DNA of 43,208 nt from a virus, in the IMG/VR virus record IMGVR_UViG_3300045988_065740, positions 1-43,208 of that record, one strand, 5' to 3'. The notes below the pieces were generated by a model that saw only the letters and a list, made by a program, of their open reading frames with translations, had not been told where the DNA came from and did no database searches. How positions within the stretch are numbered: the first letter of the stretch is position 1; every line of letters begins with the position of its first letter. Both the position numbers and the translations under genes were made by a program. Positions 8,070-16,770 of the stretch are shown piece after piece.

Positions 8070-9098
8070 ATGGCAAGAACTGGTGTTTTTGGCGGCTTCT
8101 CTTTTGACGAGGAAGTTTTCACCGACATGATGCAGGAAGCGGATTATTGGAGCAATCCCGTACTCGCGTCTGGCGTTATCCGTCAGGATGGTTCCATCAT
8201 GGACATGATCGGCAGCAAGGGCAACGTGGCAACCATCCCCATGTATACGCCCATCAACATCCACGATACCAATATGGCCGCGCTGAACAATGACGGCCTG
8301 ACCGACAACACCCCGCAGGAGATTTCCGGCAGCAAGCAGACGTGCATGATGATCCAGCGCATGAAGGCGTTCAAGGCGAAGGATTTCACCCGTGAGCTGA
8401 CCGGCGCAAAGCCGCTGGATTATATCAAGTCCCGCATTCAGAACTATTACACCCAGGTCTGGGAAGACGAGCTGATGAACATCATCGCCGCCGTCCTTGG
8501 CGTGTCTGCCCTGTCCAGCCATGTCACCGACCTGTCTGTCACGACCGGCACGATCGGTGATGCAAACAAGGTCAGCGCAACCACGCTGATCGATGCGGAA
8601 CAGGCGGCGCTTGGTGACATGGCCGGTGGTCTTGGCCTGATGGTCATGCACTCCAAGATTTATGCTGCCTATCGCAAGCTGGGCCTTGTGGAGTATGAGA
8701 AGTATGTTGCCGGTTCCGGCGCTATCAAGCAGGACATCCAGCTGCCCACCATCGGCGGCAAGATCGTCAAGGTGACTGACTACTACACTTTGGACAGCTC
8801 CACTACCGGTTTCCCGGTATACAAGACCTTCCTGCTGGGCGAAGGCGCTATTCTGTCCTGCGACAAGAACAACTATGAGAAGCAGTACACCACGGACTAT
8901 GATCCCGAGACTTCTGCTGGTACGGACAAGTTCTATACCAAGCAGGGCAAGGTGCTGCATCCGAACGGCCTGTCGCTGGCTGTGGACAGCATCGCGAATG
9001 AATCCCCGACCAAGACGGAGCTGGGCAAGGCTGCAAACTACAGCCTGAAGTTCAACCACAAGAACGTCAGAATCGGCATGATCAAGTCCAACGGTTAA
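8070..9098 (+). CDS. Major capsid protein
   Basis: 342 aa. Lies between the scaffold and head-tail connector genes. Assigned by size and context; fold not verified. Confidence 0.8.
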   Translation: MARTGVFGGFSFDEEVFTDMMQEADYWSNPVLASGVIRQDGSIMDMIGSKGNVATIPMYTPINIHDTNMAALNNDGLTDNTPQEISGSKQTCMMIQRMKAFKAKDFTRELTGAKPLDYIKSRIQNYYTQVWEDELMNIIAAVLGVSALSSHVTDLSVTTGTIGDANKVSATTLIDAEQAALGDMAGGLGLMVMHSKIYAAYRKLGLVEYEKYVAGSGAIKQDIQLPTIGGKIVKVTDYYTLDSSTTGFPVYKTFLLGEGAILSCDKNNYEKQYTTDYDPETSAGTDKFYTKQGKVLHPNGLSLAVDSIANESPTKTELGKAANYSLKFNHKNVRIGMIKSNG

Positions 9099-9110
9099 GG
9101 GGGAAACCAC

Positions 9111-9419
9111 ATGCAGGAATTCATCATCATTGACGGCTTGCCTTATCTGTACGCAGACGGCAAAGCATACGCTGTCAGATGGGATGATGAAGGATTCACT
9201 TTGGGGGGAGTATTCCGGGAGGATATTCCCCCCGGTGATGTCATCATCCTGTCGGAACTGTCTGTAAAGGCTAAGTGTCAGGGACGGCTTGACAGCATCG
9301 GAACTGCTGACGAAAAGGAAGCAGTTGAGCCGGAGCCGGAAACCGAGCCGGAGCCGGAAACCGAGCCGGAGCCGCCCAAGCCCAAGCGCGGCAGAAAGAC
9401 AAAGGGTGAAACCGAATGA
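9111..9419 (+). CDS. Hypothetical head-module protein with an acidic EPEPET repeat and a basic tail
   Basis: 102-aa ORF with RBS aaggggga. The C-terminus EPEPETEPEPETEPEPPKPKRGRKTKG is encoded by an 18-bp tandem repeat. Confidence 0.65.
   Translation: MQEFIIIDGLPYLYADGKAYAVRWDDEGFTLGGVFREDIPPGDVIILSELSVKAKCQGRLDSIGTADEKEAVEPEPETEPEPETEPEPPKPKRGRKTKGETE
9327..9376 (+). repeat. 18-bp tandem repeat (gagccggagccggaaacc, about 2.7 copies), coding
   Basis: Read directly. It encodes the EPEPET units. Confidence 0.9.
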
Positions 9420-9964
9420 TCATGACCGTTGACGAACTGCGGCAGTTTGTGACAACGGACGAATCGGATCAGGCGCTTGAAGCACGGCTTCAGGCGCTTG
9501 AACTGCTTATTCGTGCGTACACCAACAACAACTTCCAGAAACGGGCGTTCCGCTCTGTGGCGGTTGCTATGGCAGGTCACAATCTGTTGGTGCAAGGTGC
9601 AAACCCATTTAAGACCGGTGACACGCTGCAAATCACAGAATCCGAGCTGAACGATGGCCTTGTTACCGTCAGCACATCATCCAATGACGCTATCACGGTA
9701 AACGAGGAACTGTATGACGAAAGCGGCGTGGTCATCACAAAGGTTGTCTACCCCGCAGATGTCAAGCTGGGCGTGGCAAATATGCTGAAATGGCAGCTTG
9801 AAAACGGTGACAAGGTAGGAGTAGCTTCAGAAACGATTTCAAGGCACTCTGTGACGTATTTCGACATGACCGGGGATAATTCCGCAGCCGGATTCCCGAA
9901 GGCTCTGACGGGCTTTCTAAGGCCTTATATGAAGGCACGGTTTGGACAGGGGTTGAGAGTATGA
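9416..9964 (+). CDS. Head-tail connector protein (gp6-like)
   Basis: N-terminus DELRQFVTTDESDQALEARLQALELLIRAYTNN is typical of gp6-like connector proteins. Start overlaps the previous stop. Confidence 0.7.
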   Translation: MIMTVDELRQFVTTDESDQALEARLQALELLIRAYTNNNFQKRAFRSVAVAMAGHNLLVQGANPFKTGDTLQITESELNDGLVTVSTSSNDAITVNEELYDESGVVITKVVYPADVKLGVANMLKWQLENGDKVGVASETISRHSVTYFDMTGDNSAAGFPKALTGFLRPYMKARFGQGLRV

Positions 9965-10305
9965 AAGGCATCGGCGGCAACATCACGGCAACGATCCAAG
10001 TCTACACTTCCACCAAGAATGAAATTGGCGAGAATGTGAAGGCGTGGACGGACGCGCAGACGTTCAAAGGCTGGCTTGACCTTTCTGCCGGTGACGCACG
10101 GCATACCACCTTCAATGCCAAAATCCAAGAATCCACCCATGTCTTTGTAGCTGACTATGTGCCGCTTGACAGTCGGATCACTGCCGAAAGTAGCAGAATG
10201 GTTATCGGCGGCAAGCGATACGAAGTCACGCTGATTGACAATCCAATGGAAATGGGCAGCGGATCACAGCTTGAAATCTATCTGAAATACACGGGAGGTC
10301 AGTAA
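9961..10305 (+). CDS. Head closure / head-tail adaptor protein (SPP1 gp16-like)
   Basis: 114 aa. Assigned by position and size; IGENVKAWTD...GWLD...THVFVADY resembles head-tail joining proteins. Confidence 0.65.
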   Translation: MKGIGGNITATIQVYTSTKNEIGENVKAWTDAQTFKGWLDLSAGDARHTTFNAKIQESTHVFVADYVPLDSRITAESSRMVIGGKRYEVTLIDNPMEMGSGSQLEIYLKYTGGQ

Positions 10306-10306
10306 A

Positions 10307-10786
10307 ATGGCAGATGTTGAATTTATTGACAACCATCTTCAGGTAAACAGAGCCATTGATGATGCTGTGGGTGCGTTTCTGCTGGAAGCGGCTGCGGAGC
10401 TTGTGTCAGCTACGAGAAGAAACACACCCACAGACACCGGGCATCTTAAAGGATCATGGGCGGCAAATGTCGATGAATCCAAAGGTGAAGCTGTTATCGG
10501 CAGTCCACTGGAAAATGCTATCTGGACAGAGCTGGGAACCGGCGAATGGGCTGTAAATCATAATGGCCGTTCTGGTGCGTGGTATGTCCCCGCCGAAAAG
10601 GTCACTGGTAAGAAAAAGCCCACATTCAACGGCCAGGTCATTGTTGTGTATGGCAAGAATGGCCAAAAGTTCTACAAGACAAACGGCAAAAAGCCCGCAC
10701 GGATGCTGCACAATGCCTTTGAGAAAAACAAGGCAAAGATCATCCGAAGGGCTGAACAAATCTTCAAAGCGAGGTTTGATGACTAA
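10307..10786 (+). CDS. HK97 gp10-like tail/neck component
   Basis: 159 aa. PTDTGHLKGSW motif and gene order. Confidence 0.65.
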   Translation: MADVEFIDNHLQVNRAIDDAVGAFLLEAAAELVSATRRNTPTDTGHLKGSWAANVDESKGEAVIGSPLENAIWTELGTGEWAVNHNGRSGAWYVPAEKVTGKKKPTFNGQVIVVYGKNGQKFYKTNGKKPARMLHNAFEKNKAKIIRRAEQIFKARFDD

Positions 10787-11169
10787 TGTCTAAAAATCTG
10801 CTGAAAGTCGTGTCAGACGGCATGACAGAATTGGGGCTTGAATACGAGTTCGGCGAATACACCAAGGAGCCGATTGTATACCCCTATTTTGTCGGTGAGT
10901 ACACGGAAACAGAGCCTATGACAGAGGACGGCTTGCAGGAAACAACCTTCATGCTGTCAGGCTTCAGCCGTGGCACATGGCTGACACTGGAAAATGCAAA
11001 AGCGAAGATCGAGAACTATTTCAACAAGGTATATGGCAGGACGGTCATGGTTGACGATGGGTCAGCCGTGGCCGTTTTTTATGGCAATTCCTTGATCGTT
11101 CCCACCGGGGACGAAGAACTGAAGAAAATCCAAATCAATCTACAATGCAAAGAATGGAAGGTGAGCTGA
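10786..11169 (+). CDS. Tail completion / tail terminator-like protein
   Basis: 127 aa. TAATG overlap with the previous gene; immediately upstream of the major tail gene. Confidence 0.55.
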   Translation: MSKNLLKVVSDGMTELGLEYEFGEYTKEPIVYPYFVGEYTETEPMTEDGLQETTFMLSGFSRGTWLTLENAKAKIENYFNKVYGRTVMVDDGSAVAVFYGNSLIVPTGDEELKKIQINLQCKEWKVS

Positions 11170-11170
11170 T

Positions 11171-11752
11171 ATGAGCAAAGAGGGCAAGACCGGCGTATCT
11201 GCCAATACCCCCAAGAATATCATGTTCGGTGCTGGTACGATTCACAAGGGTCTGAAGTATGCAGGAAGTTCGTGGAATTTTGATGAAACCATTATCGGTG
11301 CTACTTCGGGCGGCTCCAAGCTGTCTATTGTGCCGGAGATCACCAACATTGAGGTGGACGGCGCACTGGTCAAGGCCAAGGGCCTGACCGTCAAGACCGG
11401 CGAAACGGCAACTATGGAGATCAACTTCCTTGAGCTGACCAAGGACATCATCAAGGCGGCTACCATCGGCGCAGACGGCACGTCTGATGATGCATCCAAC
11501 TATGATCTGATCGAATCCAAGGCGAACATTGCCACGGGCGATTATTGGGAAAATATCGCCTTTGTCGGTAAGACGCTGGAAGGCAAGAACATCATTGCCA
11601 TTTTGGATAATGCGCTTTGCACTTCCGGCTTTGAGCAGGAAGGCAAGAACAAGGAAGGCGCTGTCGGCAAGTACACCTTTGAGTGTCATGCAGAGCTGAC
11701 CAGCGATCTGGATACGTTGCCTTGGCACATCTACTATCCCAAGGCATCCTGA
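11171..11752 (+). CDS. Major tail protein
   Basis: 193 aa, RBS aaggtgag. Lies upstream of the chaperone pair and tape measure, and is followed by a hairpin. Confidence 0.75.
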   Translation: MSKEGKTGVSANTPKNIMFGAGTIHKGLKYAGSSWNFDETIIGATSGGSKLSIVPEITNIEVDGALVKAKGLTVKTGETATMEINFLELTKDIIKAATIGADGTSDDASNYDLIESKANIATGDYWENIAFVGKTLEGKNIIAILDNALCTSGFEQEGKNKEGAVGKYTFECHAELTSDLDTLPWHIYYPKAS

Positions 11753-11757
11753 CGAGT

Positions 11758-11797
11758 AAGGGCAGAATCACAAAATGCAAGTGGTTCTGCCCTTATT
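11758..11797 (+). terminator. Probable partial terminator after the major tail gene
   Basis: aagggcagaa ... ttctgccctt stem with a 17-nt loop, followed by a weak attt tract. Confidence 0.5.
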
Positions 11798-11838
11798 TGC
11801 ATTAAATGCGAAAATAATTGAAAGTGTGGTTATATAAA

Positions 11839-12261
11839 ATGCCTGAAAACATTGATAAAACCTATGAGCTGCGAGACCTCCAGGCTGATGATTTGTTTGT
11901 GCTTGTAAGCATCGTCAGCAAAATCGGCATCAAGGAGTTCAAGGCTTGTTTTGCATCCGATGATGTCAAGGCCGCTGTTAAGAGCATGGCGAAGAAGGAC
12001 GAAAAGGAAGAAGCTGCCGACAACAGCAATGACATTACTTCTGTCGGCATTTCTGTGGCTTTGGACATCGCATCAATCCTGATGGCGAACATCGGCAGGT
12101 GCAAGAGTGACATCTATGCGCTGCTGTCCAATTTGTCCGGCATGAAGGTTGCCGACATTGCAAAGCTCCCGGTAATGACCTTCACAAGCATGGTCGTTGA
12201 CCTTGTGAAGAAAAAGGAGTTTGCAGATTTTTTTCAGGAAGCTGTAAAGTTGTTCAAGTAG
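11839..12261 (+). CDS. Tail assembly chaperone (G-like)
   Basis: Acidic protein of about 140 aa between the major tail protein and the tape measure. Alternative TTG start at 11818. Contains a slippery T7 run near its end. Confidence 0.75.
   Translation: MPENIDKTYELRDLQADDLFVLVSIVSKIGIKEFKACFASDDVKAAVKSMAKKDEKEEAADNSNDITSVGISVALDIASILMANIGRCKSDIYALLSNLSGMKVADIAKLPVMTFTSMVVDLVKKKEFADFFQEAVKLFK
12228..12234 (+). promoter_or_regulatory. Candidate -1 programmed frameshift slippery heptamer T_TTT_TTT
   Basis: In the chaperone frame the sequence reads gaT TTT TTT cag. The -1 frame is open from 12201 through 12575. Confidence 0.65.
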
Positions 12262-12308
12262 GCGATATTCAATTCTTCGATGTCCTGTTTCAGCGGTATG
12301 CAAATCCA

Positions 12309-12575
12309 ATGATTTTATTGGATCAGATGGCAAAGACCGGGCGGCTGTATGAGTTCATCAGCGCGGTTGTCCGCATACGCAACGAGGAACAGGAAGAAAA
12401 GGTCATGTGGGAATACTGGCTGCACAAGGATTTTGAACGCTCCTATCCTGAATTCCTTAACGCAGCAGGTGGAAACAGTACCACGCAGGCCGAGCCGGAA
12501 ACAACCAGCAAGCAGGAGCTGACAGAGATTGTCAAGCAATCTATGAAAATAGCATCATTCGTGCCACAGGAATGA
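12309..12575 (+). CDS. Tail assembly chaperone extension (T part of a G-T fusion); probably not independently initiated
   Basis: The ORF frame is -1 relative to 11839..12261 and is open from 12201. This is the classic arrangement upstream of a tape measure gene. Confidence 0.65.
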   Translation: MILLDQMAKTGRLYEFISAVVRIRNEEQEEKVMWEYWLHKDFERSYPEFLNAAGGNSTTQAEPETTSKQELTEIVKQSMKIASFVPQE

Positions 12576-12620
12576 ATTGCAGCCCCTTATTACCTGCCCT
12601 TACTTTAGGGAGGTAACGAC

Positions 12621-14360
12621 ATGGAACTTTTCAAGCTGTTAGGAACGATAGCCGTTGATAACACACAGGCAAAGCAAGCCATTGAAGAAACTGCGTCAAC
12701 AGCGGATAAGGGAAGCAAGAAAACGGATTCTTCCTTTAAGAAAATCGGTGAATCGGCACTGAAAATCGGAAAGGCTGTTTTGAGCGCTGGCGTGGCGTTA
12801 GGCGGCGCGTGGGTAGCAGCTATTGAGGGTTCCAGAGAATATAGAACGGAAATGGGCAAGCTGGACACAGCTTTTGTCACAAACGGCCATTCATCCGAAG
12901 CGGCAAAGAAAACCTATCAGGATTTACAGGCCGTTTTGGGCGATACGGATGTATCTGTTGAAGCTGCAAACCATTTGGCTGTCATGACCGACAACGAAAA
13001 GGATTTGCAGACCTGGACGGACATCTGCACCGGCGTTTTTGCAACATTCGGCGACAGTTTACCCATTGAAGGCTTGACAGAAGCGGCCAACGAGACAGCA
13101 AAGACCGGGCAGCTCACAGGCGGTCTTGTTGATGCGCTGAACTGGGCTGGCATCGGCGAAGAAGAATTTCAGGCGAAGCTTGACGCTTGCAGCACCGAGC
13201 AGGAGCGTCAGAAGCTTATCATGGACACGCTGAACGGCACTTATAAAAAGGCATCGGATCAGTACAAGGAAACCAATGCCGATGTCATAGCGGCGAATAG
13301 GGCCAACGAGAAGCTGACAAGCGCCTTTGCAGAACTGGGGCGTGTTGGTGAGCCGATTTTGACCGCTATCAAGAATAAGACCGCCGAAATGGTGGCCGCT
13401 GCTGTGCCATTGCTTCAATCCTTTATCACCAAAATAAAGGACATGATCAAATGGTTCAAGCAGAACAAAACCACCGTGCAAGCGTGGGCGGCTGGCATCC
13501 TTGCCGCCACGGTCACAGTATCCGGGTTTGTCCTTGTGCTGAAGTGGGGCAGCATCATGAGCAAGGCAACCACCGCCCTAAAGCTGGTCACAGGCGGCGT
13601 GAAGGCCCTGAATTTGGCCATGAAGGCGAATATCATCGGCCTGGTCGTGTCGCTTATCATCGGCCTTGTAGCAGCCTTTGTGTACCTTTGGAAAAACAAT
13701 GAAGGATTCCGCAACTTTTGGCTGAAGATGTGGGAAAAGATCAAGTCCGCCACTTCCTCCGCTGTCAAGTGGATCAAGAGCAAGTTCAACGATCTGAAGG
13801 ATGTTGTTTCAAGGGTCAGAAACACATTCGGCAGTATCAAGGACGCTATTGCTGACAAGATCGATGGTGCGCGGGACGCTGTAAAAAAAGCCGTTGATAA
13901 GATTAAGGGCTTTTTCCCATTGAGTGTTGGCAAGATTTTTACAAATTTGAAAGTCCCGAAAATCACTGTCAGCGGCGGCAAAGCACCCTTTGGCATTGCT
14001 GGCAAGGGCAAGAAGCCCAGCTTTGATGTCAAATGGAACGCTGAAGGCGGTATTCTTGACCGGCCCACCATCTTTGGCAGCATCGGAAACACGCTGCTGG
14101 GCGGCGGCGAAGCCGGGAAGGAAGCCATTGCGCCCATTGACACGCTTCTTGACTATGTACGCGCTGCTGTCAGCGCAGAAAACGAAGGAATCAGAAAGAC
14201 GCTGATTGAGCAAAACCAAATCCTGATTGACTTTCTTTCCCGGTCTATACCGCACGGCGTGACGCTGGATTCCAGCGCACTGGTCGGAGAGCTGACACCG
14301 GCAATAGATGTACGGCTGTCGGATAGGTTACGAAACGCCCAGAGGGGCAACACACGATAG
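12621..14360 (+). CDS. Tape measure protein, paralogue 1
   Basis: 579 aa, RBS agggagg. Helical Ala/Lys-rich sequence. Central hydrophobic segments (WAAGILAATVTVSGFVLVL, IIGLVVSLIIGLVAAFVYLW). N- and C-termini resemble those of the next ORF. Confidence 0.85.
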   Translation: MELFKLLGTIAVDNTQAKQAIEETASTADKGSKKTDSSFKKIGESALKIGKAVLSAGVALGGAWVAAIEGSREYRTEMGKLDTAFVTNGHSSEAAKKTYQDLQAVLGDTDVSVEAANHLAVMTDNEKDLQTWTDICTGVFATFGDSLPIEGLTEAANETAKTGQLTGGLVDALNWAGIGEEEFQAKLDACSTEQERQKLIMDTLNGTYKKASDQYKETNADVIAANRANEKLTSAFAELGRVGEPILTAIKNKTAEMVAAAVPLLQSFITKIKDMIKWFKQNKTTVQAWAAGILAATVTVSGFVLVLKWGSIMSKATTALKLVTGGVKALNLAMKANIIGLVVSLIIGLVAAFVYLWKNNEGFRNFWLKMWEKIKSATSSAVKWIKSKFNDLKDVVSRVRNTFGSIKDAIADKIDGARDAVKKAVDKIKGFFPLSVGKIFTNLKVPKITVSGGKAPFGIAGKGKKPSFDVKWNAEGGILDRPTIFGSIGNTLLGGGEAGKEAIAPIDTLLDYVRAAVSAENEGIRKTLIEQNQILIDFLSRSIPHGVTLDSSALVGELTPAIDVRLSDRLRNAQRGNTR

Positions 14361-14391
14361 AAGGCCGCTTCCGGTGGCCTTCTTTTATTTT
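14360..14391 (+). terminator. Intrinsic terminator between the two tape measure genes
   Basis: gaaggcc-gcttccggt-ggccttc followed by ttttatttta. Confidence 0.7.
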
Positions 14392-14419
14392 ATCTTCACA
14401 GAAAGTAGGTGAAGGTCAC

Positions 14420-16108
14420 TTGGAACTTTTTAAGCTAAAAGGGATTATTGAGCTTTTTGGCGCAGACAAAGCGAAGAACGAAATAGACGAAACCACAGAT
14501 CACGCCGAACGGAAAGGCTCTAAGCTGTTAAGCACAATGGGCAAAATCGGCGCTGCTGCTATTGCCGCTGGTGCTGCTGCTGTTGTGGCTGTCGGCAAAC
14601 AAGCTATTGCAGCGTATGCGGATTATGAGCAGCTTGTAGGCGGCGCACAGCTGATGTTCGGTGAAGCTTATGACTATATCGCAGACAAAGCCAAGAACGC
14701 ATACAGTACCGTGCAAATGAGCCAGAATGACTATTTGCAACAGGTAAACGGCTTTGCAACCGGACTAAAAACGGCGCTTAATGGAGATGCACAAGCGGCT
14801 GCTGTGCTTGCTGATAAGATCATCAACGCAGAAGCGGACGTTGTGGCGGCAACCGGCAATTCGCAGGAAGCCGTGCAGAACGCCTTCAACGGAATCATGA
14901 AGTCCAACTACACGATGTTGGACAACTTGCAGCTTGGCATCACTCCCACAAAAGAAGGATTTCAGGAGGTTATCGACAAGGTAAACGAGTGGAACGAAGC
15001 CAACGGAAACGCCACAAATTACCAGATTGAAAACCTTGCTGATGCACAGTCTGCCCTTGTAGATTATATTACGATGCAGGGGTTGGCCGGGTATGCATCG
15101 GCGGAAGCGGCAGGCACGATTCAAGGTTCTGTTGCATCCATGAAGGGCGCATGGCAAAACCTGCTTGTTGGTATTGCGGATGATAATGCGAACTTCAAGG
15201 AGCTGACTACCAATTTTGTCGATAGCCTTGTTGCCGTTGGTGAAAATATCATACCGAGAATAAGCGTAGTTATTCAGGGCTTAACGCAGCTTATCACGGA
15301 AACGTCCCAGACAATCATTCCGTTGGCTGTGCAGATTTTGCTTGAAAACCTGCCGAGCATTGTTGCTGCTGGCATGGATTTAATCATTGCGCTTGTAAGC
15401 GGCATCCTTGACAACATCGATATGCTGATTGACTGTGTGCTGGAAATGGTTGATGTCATAGTCGATAAGCTGATTGACAACTTGCCGAAGCTGATCGATG
15501 GTGGAATCAGGCTGATTGCTGCACTTGCTAATGGACTGATTCGTGCCATACCGAATTTGGTATCAAAAATTCCCCAGATTATTTCGTCTATCGTGAAGGG
15601 ACTTATCAGCGGCATCCCTGCAATTTCCGATGTCGGCAAGAACATAGTCGAAGGACTTTGGAACGGCATCAAAAACATGGGTTCGTGGGTTTCTGGAAAA
15701 GTAAAAGACTTTTTCGGTGGAATTGTAGGTGGAGTTAAGGATTTCTTGGGCATCCATTCCCCGTCTAAAGTGTTCGCCGGTATTGGCGGCTTTATGGCTG
15801 AAGGCTTGGGCGAAGGCTTTGACGATCAATTCAAGTCCGTAAAAAAGGACATCGAAAACAGCATGGACTTTGACGCTGGCACAATTACCGCAGATGCGAA
15901 CATCGACAGAAGCTATGCAAGTGGGGCCTACACGGTAACAAACGCAGTCAGCGATTCCGGCAGAATCCTGATGTTGCTTGAACAGTATTTGCCTATGTTG
16001 GCAAATATGAAGGTTGTCGTAAATAGCGGCGCTTTGGTAGGCGAGATTGCGGCCGATCTGGATGTGGAGCTTGGCAAAATTAACGCAAGGAGGGTGCGAA
16101 CCGTATGA
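14420..16108 (+). CDS. Tape measure protein, paralogue 2
   Basis: 562 aa, TTG start after aggtgaagg. N-terminus MELFKLKGIIE...AKNEIDET compares with TMP1 MELFKLLGTIA...AKQAIEET. C-terminus GALVGEIAADLDVELGKINARRVR compares with SALVGELTPAIDVRLSDRLRNAQRG. Contains a GIHSPSKVF motif. Confidence 0.85.
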   Translation: MELFKLKGIIELFGADKAKNEIDETTDHAERKGSKLLSTMGKIGAAAIAAGAAAVVAVGKQAIAAYADYEQLVGGAQLMFGEAYDYIADKAKNAYSTVQMSQNDYLQQVNGFATGLKTALNGDAQAAAVLADKIINAEADVVAATGNSQEAVQNAFNGIMKSNYTMLDNLQLGITPTKEGFQEVIDKVNEWNEANGNATNYQIENLADAQSALVDYITMQGLAGYASAEAAGTIQGSVASMKGAWQNLLVGIADDNANFKELTTNFVDSLVAVGENIIPRISVVIQGLTQLITETSQTIIPLAVQILLENLPSIVAAGMDLIIALVSGILDNIDMLIDCVLEMVDVIVDKLIDNLPKLIDGGIRLIAALANGLIRAIPNLVSKIPQIISSIVKGLISGIPAISDVGKNIVEGLWNGIKNMGSWVSGKVKDFFGGIVGGVKDFLGIHSPSKVFAGIGGFMAEGLGEGFDDQFKSVKKDIENSMDFDAGTITADANIDRSYASGAYTVTNAVSDSGRILMLLEQYLPMLANMKVVVNSGALVGEIAADLDVELGKINARRVRTV

Positions 16109-16770
16109 TTCCCAAGGTTTATATTGACGGCAAGGACACATACACGGAATACGGATTGCTGCTTGCAAGCAAGACTATTTCTTTGCCCAAAGTCCGCACA
16201 AACATGATAGATGTTCCGGGTAGGGACGGCTTGATAGACGCTTCCGATGCACTGACCGGAGAAGCCACCTATAAAAACCGTACTATCAAACTGGAACTTA
16301 TCGGCGTTCCCTCATTAAATGGGAAAGATTGGCCTTCCGCAATCTCCGATTTCTGCAACACCGTACATGGGAAGCGTGTCAAAGTGAAATTTTCCGAGGA
16401 CACCGCTCACTATTACAGTGGGCGGTGTTCTGCCGGTGACGTTAAGCTTAACAAAATAAAGCAGACGATCCCTGTTACTGTTGATTGCGATCCGTGGAAA
16501 TACAAGAACGAGAGAACAACGGTGTCCCGCTCTGACTTGGGGACGGCGTATAAACAGCTTGCGCTACCGAATGAAAGCCGCCCTGTTATCCCAACAATCA
16601 CGGTGGCGCAAGATACCGTATTGCTTTGGGACGGCAACACAATCAACGTCAGCGCAGGGGATCACATTTTACCCGCTATCCGGCTGGCAGCTGGTAACAA
16701 TATCCTGAAAGCCAAAGTCGCAAGCGGAACGGGAAGTATCACTGTGACGTATCAGGAGGCGAGTATGTAA
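16105..16770 (+). CDS. Distal tail protein (Dit), set 1
   Basis: 221 aa. ATGA overlap with TMP2. Siphovirus tail-component pattern ...DVPGRDGLID...DCDPWKY...AGNN. Confidence 0.8.
   Translation: MIPKVYIDGKDTYTEYGLLLASKTISLPKVRTNMIDVPGRDGLIDASDALTGEATYKNRTIKLELIGVPSLNGKDWPSAISDFCNTVHGKRVKVKFSEDTAHYYSGRCSAGDVKLNKIKQTIPVTVDCDPWKYKNERTTVSRSDLGTAYKQLALPNESRPVIPTITVAQDTVLLWDGNTINVSAGDHILPAIRLAAGNNILKAKVASGTGSITVTYQEASM

Noticed and set aside
6517-9110. Long minus-strand ORFs (6517..7290, 7382..8128, 8001..9110) opposite the lysin, scaffold and capsid genes
   Set aside because: They are antisense shadows of well-supported + strand genes. Their translations are Arg/Leu/Gly-rich and low in complexity. 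They have no RBS context or family resemblance.
9327-9376. The tandem 18-bp repeat read as a CRISPR-like or regulatory array
   Set aside because: It has no spacers, is only 2.7 copies long, and is in-frame coding sequence for EPEPET units.
13415-16168. Minus-strand ORFs inside the tape measure genes (13415..14143, 13809..14255, 15274..15753, 15563..16168)
   Set aside because: They lie opposite repetitive, stop-poor tape measure coding sequence. They have no independent support.
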